From a virus (lineage: Duplodnaviria > Caudoviricetes): a DNA stretch of 60,680 nt. The stretch covers positions 1 to 60,680 of IMG/VR virus record IMGVR_UViG_3300037307_000478. One strand, written 5' to 3'. The stretch's first letter is position 1; the number at the start of each line of letters is the position of its first letter. The position numbers and the translations under genes were made by a program. Below are positions 37,280-45,813 of the stretch, piece by piece. Below the pieces are notes generated by a model. The model did not search any database. It worked only from the letters and a program-made list of their open reading frames with translations, and had not been told where the DNA came from.

Positions 37280-38035
37280 TTATTTCGGTTTATCAATCTT
37301 GTCACTATTGGCGGAGGTTGCATCTCCACTATATCTACCTTGAAACAACTGATTATACCATTTAGTTTTCTTAGGTTCAATAAAAAATTCCTTATTTTCA
37401 TCGCTGAAATTTCTCATAGCAGGATAATAAGTGTGAACTTCAAATGATACCGTCAATTTTATTGTATTGTCAGATGTCAAATTTTTCTCTCTATTTATTT
37501 CAACTTGATTACTATCTGGTAAAATCATAACTGCATCTATATTTAGAAAATTATGTTCAAAATACATAAATCGATATAGCCACAATGTATTAATTATAGC
37601 TTGACTACACTTAAAGGAATCGATTTCACTGGATAATAATATTGATAGGTCATATTTTACTGAAATGGGCACTGCTCTTATTTTGGTTAACATTTTTTTA
37701 ATTTCTGTATTACTCTCTATAACCATTCTCAACCACACATTAGGGTTGGCCATTTCATCACTTTTAATATCAAATCCTGTCATAGTTAAATGCCCTCTAG
37801 GAATAACATCGGTATTCAGTTCAACATATCTATTATCTGATACAACATCATCAGCAAATGAATCTAATAAAAATCTTTCATCCCCTGTTAGTGAATAATA
37901 AAATGGAACCTTTACTTCTCTATCTCCTGATGAAAACTTATTAACCCATCTAACTTCTCCTTCTAATGTGTCTAAAACACACACCGTTAAATCTCTAAAA
38001 AAAACATCTTCAAAATTGAATCTTTCACCTATCAT
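37280..38035 (-). CDS. tail completion/sheath stabiliser (gp15-like)
   Basis: VKVPFYY..ERFL, IPRG, AVPISVKYDLSI. Confidence 0.75.
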   Translation of the reverse strand: MIGERFNFEDVFFRDLTVCVLDTLEGEVRWVNKFSSGDREVKVPFYYSLTGDERFLLDSFADDVVSDNRYVELNTDVIPRGHLTMTGFDIKSDEMANPNVWLRMVIESNTEIKKMLTKIRAVPISVKYDLSILLSSEIDSFKCSQAIINTLWLYRFMYFEHNFLNIDAVMILPDSNQVEINREKNLTSDNTIKLTVSFEVHTYYPAMRNFSDENKEFFIEPKKTKWYNQLFQGRYSGDATSANSDKIDKPK

Positions 38036-38052
38036 AGATTGTATATATTAAA

Positions 38053-38556
38053 TTATTGTTTCTTGTCAGGATTATAATTGTCTCTTTTGTCTAAAAATTT
38101 AAGATCATTCGGCGATATATTAACTCCATCTATATGGTTAAGAAAATTACAAATATCTTTTATGGTGTCGTCCTCAAACGCGAAAGTGTCATTTTCATCT
38201 GGATTAAACCTAGAGTGATATGATGTATATTCAATTACTTTAACTTTATTTGGGGGTTCAATACTAAATTCTGAAACTAAGAAATCTCCATAAGAAATAT
38301 CGACGGTAAATTTCAGGTTCCCGTTTTTATTTACAAAATATAAATCAATTTCAAATTCATCAGGTTGGCCAAAAATATTTTTATTAGCCACATAATCAAT
38401 TTGTACCATATCCGCGTGCAACATCACATTTTCACGATGAAATTTTCTACTTTCCCCATTTTTTATAATAATTATTTCTGCAGGTAGATATTTCTCCCAT
38501 TCATTTGTATAGAAGGAAAATTGTTTAAATGATTCAAATTTTTTTATGTAATTCAT
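38053..38556 (-). CDS. hypothetical protein with MNYIKKFES leader
   Basis: Late operon. Confidence 0.75.
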   Translation of the reverse strand: MNYIKKFESFKQFSFYTNEWEKYLPAEIIIIKNGESRKFHRENVMLHADMVQIDYVANKNIFGQPDEFEIDLYFVNKNGNLKFTVDISYGDFLVSEFSIEPPNKVKVIEYTSYHSRFNPDENDTFAFEDDTIKDICNFLNHIDGVNISPNDLKFLDKRDNYNPDKKQ

Positions 38557-38882
38557 ATACTAATATAGAATTGTATCTTATTGCCTCTTTCTTTTATTTT
38601 ATAAAAAGAATCTTTTAATTTCCATCTTTTATTAACACGATTAATATCATTCAAAAATTCAATTATATTATCTATTTTATTAATAACTTCAAATCTAATG
38701 GTGTATGCACCCTTTCTGGTAACATTTCCATATGATACATAATCACCTCTCTGTATAATCGATGGTGAATTAACTACTTTAAAATTATATTTGCCTTCTA
38801 ATTCGATAAGATAATAATCGAGTATTTCATCCGCTTTAGATTTCCTTTCAGCACCTTCATTGAATTTTTTTATGTGATTCAT
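38553..38882 (-). CDS. hypothetical protein with MNHIKKFNE leader
   Basis: Start reassigned to 38882, just after TATATATT at 38888-38895. Confidence 0.7.
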   Translation of the reverse strand: MNHIKKFNEGAERKSKADEILDYYLIELEGKYNFKVVNSPSIIQRGDYVSYGNVTRKGAYTIRFEVINKIDNIIEFLNDINRVNKRWKLKDSFYKIKERGNKIQFYISI

Positions 38883-38928
38883 GAAATTATATATTAAAAC
38901 TTTCATTTATCATTTTATTATAATTGTT

Positions 38929-39102
38929 ATGATTTATTACTATAAAGGAAAGCCATATAAAATATTTGCGGAATCCAAGATGAAAATTAGTAACCTTTGG
39001 ATAGATGTTATCATCTATGAAACATTATATGATAATAAGGATGGTAAATATTGGGTTAGAGAAAAGGGACAATTTTATGAATTATTTAAAACTGAAGAAT
39101 GA
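38929..39102 (+). CDS. DUF1653-like small protein
   Basis: YYYKGKPY..VIIYETLY..YWVR..F; start reassigned to 38929. Confidence 0.65.
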   Translation: MIYYYKGKPYKIFAESKMKISNLWIDVIIYETLYDNKDGKYWVREKGQFYELFKTEE

Positions 39103-40076
39103 ATTATTTATTACTAAGTGAAAAATGGAGACCAAAGACTATGGAAGATATTATACTTCTTCCTAGAATTAGAAAAATTTTTGAAAACGGAATTACACAA
39201 AATGTGATTTTATATGGGCACTATGGGACAGGAAAAACTACACTTGCTAGAATATTAATTGGTAAATATTCTAAAGATAAACCATTTCTTGAGATAAATA
39301 GCTCATTTTATACTTCTATAGATGTACTTAGAACTAAAATAGATGATTTTTGTTCTAAAGTTTACATGGGTTTAGATTTTGATACTGAAATCAAATATGA
39401 CTCTATTAAGTATGTTTTTTTAGATGAATTTGAAAGAACTTCCACTCAATATCAAGATGCTTTAAAGGCTTATATTGAAGAGTATTCTGCTAAAAATGTA
39501 AGATTTATTTTTAACACCAATCATATCAATAAGATTTCGGATGGAATAAAGTCTAGATTGATGACTGTAAACTTTGACTGTCAGGGCGCGGAAGAAGAAA
39601 AATTTTTAAAAACTTCTTTTTATAAAAGAATAATGGATGTGATTGTTCCATCAGAAAAAATTGAGATTAAGAAAGAAGAACTTGTTAAGATAATTAATAA
39701 GGGGTTTCCTGATTTCAGGTCTATTATGAATGAGCTTCAACATTTTAAAGAAAATGGCCAACTATCTAGCGGCGCTTCTAATATAAACTCAAAATTAAGA
39801 AATGATTTATATCAAATTATTTATGATAAATCCAAAACTTATGAAGATATTTATCACTTTTTAATGCAAAACTTTGGACCTGAAAAAATAGACGAAATGA
39901 TGAGTTTATTTGGATCAGAATTTATTAAATGGTCTTTTAATGAGAGAAGAGAAAACATAGATAAATTATTTAAAGTAAATTATATTATTGCTGAAAATTA
40001 TAAACTATTAGAAACATCAACTGATCCTATAATTATAGGAATGACAGTTATTGGTAAAATAAGAGACCTATTTTAA
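39099..40076 (+). CDS. clamp loader AAA+ subunit (gp44/RFC-like)
   Basis: EKWRPKT, GHYGTGKTT, FLDEFE, IKSRL, FPDFR. Confidence 0.92.
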   Translation: MNYLLLSEKWRPKTMEDIILLPRIRKIFENGITQNVILYGHYGTGKTTLARILIGKYSKDKPFLEINSSFYTSIDVLRTKIDDFCSKVYMGLDFDTEIKYDSIKYVFLDEFERTSTQYQDALKAYIEEYSAKNVRFIFNTNHINKISDGIKSRLMTVNFDCQGAEEEKFLKTSFYKRIMDVIVPSEKIEIKKEELVKIINKGFPDFRSIMNELQHFKENGQLSSGASNINSKLRNDLYQIIYDKSKTYEDIYHFLMQNFGPEKIDEMMSLFGSEFIKWSFNERRENIDKLFKVNYIIAENYKLLETSTDPIIIGMTVIGKIRDLF

Positions 40077-40477
40077 TGAATTATTTATTATCAAATACTA
40101 ATGATTGGAATTGGAGAATTATTGATATCAATTTTATAAAATCTAAAATTGAAAATAAATTAAGTAGTTTGGGATGTCTGTATGGAGAATTAGAACCAGA
40201 GAATACTTTAGATATTTCATTTACTAGGGTCTCTCATGTTATAAAAAATGTCACATTTCATAATGGTGAAATTTACGGTGATGTGACATTTCTTAATAAT
40301 ATGAGAGGTAAATTAGCAAAAAAATGTGTTGAGGAACTAGATTATTATTTTCAAGCTAGAACATTTTATGATAACAATGGTGTAAATATTATTACATGGG
40401 ATATTGTAAATTATGCCCCATTTAGACGAGAACTAAGGGATAGTAAGATAGATGAAATACTTAATCAATCTTCATAA
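40076..40477 (+). CDS. inactive paralogue of prohead protease, C-terminal RDSKIDEIL
   Basis: Aligns by eye with the 45814 protease, but GEFDHP becomes GELEP and VSSRA becomes FQART. Confidence 0.65.
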   Translation: MNYLLSNTNDWNWRIIDINFIKSKIENKLSSLGCLYGELEPENTLDISFTRVSHVIKNVTFHNGEIYGDVTFLNNMRGKLAKKCVEELDYYFQARTFYDNNGVNIITWDIVNYAPFRRELRDSKIDEILNQSS

Positions 40478-41040
40478 ACATTTGAATTTTCGTGATCTAT
40501 AAGTATAGTAACATCATATTTATCTTCACTTCTTTTAATTTCATAATTATAAATATTACAATTTTCGGGAAGTCTTTTTTTAACAGAGGTCCACACTCTG
40601 TTAAATAGTGTATGTATATTTGATTCATCAACATCCATAATTAAAATTTGAAAGAAAAGCTTATCGTTTATATTTTTTTTAGTTATTTCAACTTTATTAT
40701 CTAAATCTAAAAATAAGTCTTCGATAATTTCATTATTTGGGATATCTACAGTAACCATATCTTCAATTTCGTAATAGAAACTCATAAACTTATCATAATC
40801 TCGATATCCTGGCTTCATCCATCTGAATATTTCAATCAAGGATTTTCTTATTCTATTTATATCTAGGGTTCCCTCAAAGTAATCTGGATCATCGTCGTCA
40901 TTATCAGCCGCATGTGTTCTAATCATATATTCAAAGTCATAAAACTTAGAATCATATTCATATTCATTAAGATACTTTAATATGACCTCAGCCATATTAT
41001 TAACATTGATTTTTGACTCAAAGAATTTATATATTTTCAT
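40465..41040 (-). CDS. hypothetical protein with MKIYKFFES leader
   Basis: TATATATA at 41047-41054. Confidence 0.75.
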   Translation of the reverse strand: MKIYKFFESKINVNNMAEVILKYLNEYEYDSKFYDFEYMIRTHAADNDDDDPDYFEGTLDINRIRKSLIEIFRWMKPGYRDYDKFMSFYYEIEDMVTVDIPNNEIIEDLFLDLDNKVEITKKNINDKLFFQILIMDVDESNIHTLFNRVWTSVKKRLPENCNIYNYEIKRSEDKYDVTILIDHENSNVYED

Positions 41041-41072
41041 ATGATGTATATATAAATTTTATATATAGATTT

Positions 41073-41468
41073 ATGTCAATAGATTTTAAAGATTTTTATA
41101 TTAGATACAAAGGACATCCTAAATACGTTAGTGGTGAGATAATAGAAGATGATGTTATAAATGTCATTATTCAAAAATATGAGATGTTACTATTCACCAA
41201 TAAGGGTGAAGTATTAGGAGAGCCAAATTTAGGGGCAGATTTATTGTTACTTTTATATCAAACCAAAGTTTCATCATCTTATGTTGAAGAGATGATAAGA
41301 GACCAAATTTCTAGGTATATACCAGAATTAGATTCTATGAATTATCAATTGGAAGTTGCATTTGAGCAAGATATTGAAAATTATCAGGATATTATGTTTA
41401 TTTATTTTAAGCTTGCTGATTATGAAGTATTTGCGCAAATAAGTGACCAACTTACTAGTGGATTTTAA
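41073..41468 (+). CDS. baseplate wedge gp25-like protein
   Basis: LLFTNKGEVLGEPNLGADL..I..YIP; start reassigned to 41073. Confidence 0.75.
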   Translation: MSIDFKDFYIRYKGHPKYVSGEIIEDDVINVIIQKYEMLLFTNKGEVLGEPNLGADLLLLLYQTKVSSSYVEEMIRDQISRYIPELDSMNYQLEVAFEQDIENYQDIMFIYFKLADYEVFAQISDQLTSGF

Positions 41469-41514
41469 TTAAACTTTAATATTTTAAAATTGTAAAATAG
41501 TATAATAGATTTTT

Positions 41515-41811
41515 ATGAAAACTATACTTTTACAATTTTGGGAAGAATCAGAAAGAGGATGGGGAGTAAAACCAGATGGAGCCTCATTGCATATTAATAT
41601 AGAAACTCTTAGAAATTATATAAAAGACATTTATTCGAATAGAGATGAAAATCATATTCCACAAGAGTATGATAGAATAGTTGGTAATCCAATAGAAGTT
41701 AAAGTTACAGATTCTATTTATGAAATTGTTTCTATATCAAAAACGATGAGAATTCCGCAATATCAATTAAATAACCTAATAAAATTAAAAGATATTATTG
41801 TAAATGAATAA
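41515..41811 (+). CDS. hypothetical protein
   Basis: WEESERGWG.PDG motif; middle-type promoter at 41470-41498. Confidence 0.7.
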   Translation: MKTILLQFWEESERGWGVKPDGASLHINIETLRNYIKDIYSNRDENHIPQEYDRIVGNPIEVKVTDSIYEIVSISKTMRIPQYQLNNLIKLKDIIVNE

Positions 41812-42172
41812 TTATATACACTTATTATCTCTACTTTTTATATGGTCTGAAATACATCACATATTATTTAAAAGTAGATTGTATTTAAGGTTTAATGAAA
41901 GAACAGAATCAATTCCTAAGATAGATATATTTTACTATATTGTTAAAATAATGTATATAATTTATCTTTTCTTTGGATTGTTTTCACAATATTATATTTA
42001 TTTTGCAATGATAATAATGATATCATTATTAAAATTTCCTATATTTTACATAGCTTCTAAAACAAAGTCAAATATTAAATTAAGTTTTTCATATGATGTA
42101 TTATCAAGTATTTCTTGTATAATTATATTATTACAAGTGCTATATCTTATTTTCCTAGGTGATCTTCTGTAA
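41804..42172 (+). CDS. multi-TM membrane protein
   Basis: Three to four hydrophobic segments. Confidence 0.65.
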   Translation: MNNYIHLLSLLFIWSEIHHILFKSRLYLRFNERTESIPKIDIFYYIVKIMYIIYLFFGLFSQYYIYFAMIIMISLLKFPIFYIASKTKSNIKLSFSYDVLSSISCIIILLQVLYLIFLGDLL

Positions 42173-42653
42173 TTATTATAAATTCAAATCCCTTTCTTTG
42201 ACAATATTCTATCATATATTTCCATTTAGAAAGATTTTTATTCCACATTTTTAATGAATATTCAAAATTTTTTAATTGTTTAGCTGTTGGATTATTAGGT
42301 AGTTTAGGTTCAGAAGTTTCACTTGATGGCTTAACTTCTGCTACGACTCTTGAAATACTACCATCGGCTCTCAATAATTCATAATAAAAATCAGGATAGT
42401 AACTATGTTCAGATGTTACAAATTCATTTAATGAAGAACTCCATTCAGTTTTTTCGTAAGGTATTCTTAAATGTTCAGACCCCCAAGTAATTATATTCTC
42501 ATTGTTATCTAAGTATATCATCATTTTGTGTTCTAATCCTGATCTATAATAAACACCTCCATGTGAGTTTGATTTGATTAATTTTTCTTTATTTTTTGGA
42601 ATAAAAAGACCTTGCTTATATTTACCTTGAGATCTTGGAGCACTATTTATCAT
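42147..42653 (-). CDS. head completion nuclease (gp4-like, TnsA fold)
   Basis: YKQG.F.P.N, YRSGLE, WGSE, YYPDF, EVKP, FIIITE. Confidence 0.9.
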   Translation of the reverse strand: MINSAPRSQGKYKQGLFIPKNKEKLIKSNSHGGVYYRSGLEHKMMIYLDNNENIITWGSEHLRIPYEKTEWSSSLNEFVTSEHSYYPDFYYELLRADGSISRVVAEVKPSSETSEPKLPNNPTAKQLKNFEYSLKMWNKNLSKWKYMIEYCQRKGFEFIIITEDHLGK

Positions 42654-42669
42654 ACTAAAAACAATTTTA

Positions 42670-42681
42670 TAATATATATTA
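42670..42681. promoter_or_regulatory. palindromic bidirectional late promoter
   Basis: TAATATATATTA is a perfect palindrome containing AATATATA on both strands. Confidence 0.65.
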
Positions 42682-42698
42682 CTAAAACATTCTTTGTA

Positions 42699-43388
42699 AT
42701 GGGAGAACTTTTAGAAAGAGTTAAATTGTCTAATTTAGTTTACGGAAACGGAATTATTGAAAATTTTAAAAATAATTCTTTGTTTTTCTATGAATCCTAT
42801 GCCAAATCAGATAAACTAATAATGAATATACCCAGAGGAAAAATGCAAATTGGTGGATTTTACTTCTTACACTATAAAGATGATTCAAACTGGATGTCAT
42901 TTTCTCCAATATTTACAGTAGATTTTAAGAAATTTTCTAATATGATAATCATAAATGCAGTTAATTTCAACTTTATACCATTGGAAGTAAGAGTTTCAAT
43001 TTTTGATAAATTTATTACTAAAGATGATTTTGAGAAAGACAATTTACTAGAAGTCAATTATGAAGGTATGTATAGAGAATTATTAAAATATGGATTTGAA
43101 TATGCAATAGTTGAATATAATTTATCACAGGTGGAAATAGTACATAAAATAAATTTAGAAATTGTTCCTAGGTTTCTCTATGCTCAACACCCTATAAACA
43201 AATACGATCCTAAAAAATTATATGAAATATGGTCTGCCAAATTATCATATAGAGAACAGAGACATCAAGAAATGTCTTCGGCTTTAATTAAGGATTTTTA
43301 CCAGGCGTCTGATGATATATTGGAAAATTATGATATTTTAAAGAAACACATATTAAGGATTCAAAAAAGTCTTGATAAATATGGATAA
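42699..43388 (+). CDS. DNA end protector (gp2-like)
   Basis: IGGFYFLHY..PIF..AVNFNFIPLEVR; adjacent to gp4; start reassigned to 42699. Confidence 0.6.
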   Translation: MGELLERVKLSNLVYGNGIIENFKNNSLFFYESYAKSDKLIMNIPRGKMQIGGFYFLHYKDDSNWMSFSPIFTVDFKKFSNMIIINAVNFNFIPLEVRVSIFDKFITKDDFEKDNLLEVNYEGMYRELLKYGFEYAIVEYNLSQVEIVHKINLEIVPRFLYAQHPINKYDPKKLYEIWSAKLSYREQRHQEMSSALIKDFYQASDDILENYDILKKHILRIQKSLDKYG

Positions 43389-43461
43389 TAAACTTATTTT
43401 AATATTAATCTATAAACAGTATATACTTTTTTAATATATATGAAAAAATTACTAATTTTAG

Positions 43462-45180
43462 ATGGCCTCATATAATCCGATGAATCAACAATCATCATTG
43501 GGAATTTCCTCAGCAGTTGAAAATAAAGGTTTATTTAGTAAAATATTAAGAAATCTTAGTTCATGGGGAATGAAATATGATGATATGATAATTCGTAATA
43601 CAGTGGGCGTGGGTATTAACGAAGATCCGTATTCATTGAAAGGAAACTCAATGTATGATTTCTTTTCTCAAAGAGCAGTTGCTCAGGTTTTAAACAAAAA
43701 ATCAATACCTTATCTTGACAGAGCTTACTCCGACAAAAGAAGAATTTTAAGAGAATATTCAATCAAAGATGAAATTAGAGATTTCATTTCTTCAGTTGCT
43801 GACGAGTCAATTATTTATAATGATGAAAAGGATTTTTGTTCACCCAAGCCTTTATCAAATGATTATTCACAAGATGTTAAAGATAAATATCAAGAATATT
43901 TCGAGAAAATTTATAATAAATTTGGTTTTTCTGATGGTATTACTGCTTGGAATATGATGAAAGATTTCTTAATTGATGGATATGTGGCTTTAGAAATAGT
44001 ATGGGATGACCAAAAAAAGAACATTATCTATTTTAATAGATTAAGACCGGAAACATTAGTTCCAGCATATGAGCCAACAATTGGTAACTTATGGATACAA
44101 TATCCGGAAGATCCTCAATTGAGAAGAATTTTTTTAGATTCACAAATTGTATTCGTATCATATTCTACCCAACACGATTATTCAGAAACTTCTTATGTAG
44201 AGGGGTTAATAAAACCTTATAATCAGTTAAAAATTATCGAACAAACAAGAATAATGTTCAACGTAATTAATGCTACTGTATATCAGAAGTTTACCATTCC
44301 TATTAAAGGTTTGCCAAGACAAAGAGCTGAAGAACAAGTAGGTCAATTAATTGCAGATTATTCGGAAGAAGTGGAATGGGATGATACATTAGGAACATTA
44401 ACAATAAATGGTACAAAACATCTACCATATAATAAACAAATATGGTTTCCTGAAGGTGAAGCGGGTACCCCTAATATGGAGTTAGTTTCTCCTGAGGGTC
44501 ATAACCTGAATGAAAGTGATATACTTACATGGTTTTATAATGCATTGAAAAGAGCATCTAAAATTCCATTTTCAAGATTTGAAAAAGAAAATGGAGGTGG
44601 AAATATCTTTTCAGATGCTTCTGAGATGACAAGAGATGAAGTTAAATTTTCAAATTTTATCGGAAGATTGCGAGCAATTTTTAAAGAATTAATTGTAAAG
44701 CCGTTAAAACTACAGATGTGTATGGAGTTTCCAGAATTGAAGGATGATGAAATATTCTTAAATCAAATTGATATAAACTTTAATTCTAATCAAATTTTTG
44801 AAGAATGGAAGAAATTAGCCAATATGGAGAAAAGATCTTCAATTTTATCATCATTGTTAGGAATACAAACTGCTGATGGTAATCCTTATTTCCATATTGA
44901 ATACTTGATAGATAAGATTATGAAATTGACTCCTGAGGAGAAAGAGGAAAATAAAGCATATTGGATAAAATCTAAATTTGGAGGAGCGACTGCTGAAGGA
45001 GGTGAACCAGGTATGGGAGGCGAACCAGGTATGGGTGAGATGGAAGGACAACCTGGTATGGGTCCTGAAATGCCAGAAGAAGGTGGTGGTGGACCTGAAT
45101 TACCACCAGCTCAAGGAGGAGGTGGTGAGGGCGGCGAGACACCTCCAGCTGAAGAAGGTGGCGGAGAATTTGAATTTTAA
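43462..45180 (+). CDS. portal protein (gp20-like)
   Basis: FLIDG, IKPYNQLKIIE, GLPRQRAEE, LKRASKIPFSR, TRDEVKFSNFI.RLR; low-complexity Gly/Glu tail. Confidence 0.95.
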   Translation: MASYNPMNQQSSLGISSAVENKGLFSKILRNLSSWGMKYDDMIIRNTVGVGINEDPYSLKGNSMYDFFSQRAVAQVLNKKSIPYLDRAYSDKRRILREYSIKDEIRDFISSVADESIIYNDEKDFCSPKPLSNDYSQDVKDKYQEYFEKIYNKFGFSDGITAWNMMKDFLIDGYVALEIVWDDQKKNIIYFNRLRPETLVPAYEPTIGNLWIQYPEDPQLRRIFLDSQIVFVSYSTQHDYSETSYVEGLIKPYNQLKIIEQTRIMFNVINATVYQKFTIPIKGLPRQRAEEQVGQLIADYSEEVEWDDTLGTLTINGTKHLPYNKQIWFPEGEAGTPNMELVSPEGHNLNESDILTWFYNALKRASKIPFSRFEKENGGGNIFSDASEMTRDEVKFSNFIGRLRAIFKELIVKPLKLQMCMEFPELKDDEIFLNQIDINFNSNQIFEEWKKLANMEKRSSILSSLLGIQTADGNPYFHIEYLIDKIMKLTPEEKEENKAYWIKSKFGGATAEGGEPGMGGEPGMGEMEGQPGMGPEMPEEGGGGPELPPAQGGGGEGGETPPAEEGGGEFEF

Positions 45181-45183
45181 AAT

Positions 45184-45220
45184 AAAAAAAGTGAAGTTTT
45201 TAACTTCACTTTTTCTTTTT
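45184..45220. terminator. bidirectional terminator
   Basis: AAAAAGTGAAGTT/AACTTCACTTTTT. Confidence 0.8.
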
Positions 45221-45607
45221 AGATAAGATATCTTCTGATTTTGATGGATTATCCACTCCCCATTTATCCATCATTGTTCTATATATCTTTTTTCGTATTT
45301 CTTTATTCTGTATTGGATAATCAACACCATAATTTAAATTTAATGTGCGTTTTCTTTTGTGTTCTGAACATTTTCTACAAAAATATTCTCCCCATTTATT
45401 TCCATATTTAATGTAATTTTTAAATATTACAGTTTTGACAGTACCACAATTATCACATTGACAATCTATTTTTTGATGACTACCAGTAGATAATAACTCA
45501 ATAGGGATGTTTAATTTTTCTCCTATTGAGACATCATATCCTAGTTCCTCATAATATAAGTAATTGTTTTCATTTATTCTTATGGACACATCTCTGGTTA
45601 ATATCAT
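45206..45607 (-). CDS. homing-endonuclease-type DNA-binding protein without nuclease domain
   Basis: CDNC...CRKC zinc finger; KRTLNLNYGVDYP / RTMMDKWGVDNP repeats. Confidence 0.6.
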   Translation of the reverse strand: MILTRDVSIRINENNYLYYEELGYDVSIGEKLNIPIELLSTGSHQKIDCQCDNCGTVKTVIFKNYIKYGNKWGEYFCRKCSEHKRKRTLNLNYGVDYPIQNKEIRKKIYRTMMDKWGVDNPSKSEDILSKKKK

Positions 45608-45813
45608 AATGGAAAATATATGAGAAATAAGAAAAGAAGTTTTAATTTATTTATTTGTGATAAAATTTTAAAATTTTCAAGCTTTATTTTTCATTTCTAC
45701 AATTCTTATATAATCTACAAATATCAAAGTTTTCATTAGGTCTATAAAAAATCCACCTTTAAAAAATAATGGTTTTTCAAGGGTATATATAATATACAAA
45801 ATAAAAATTATAG

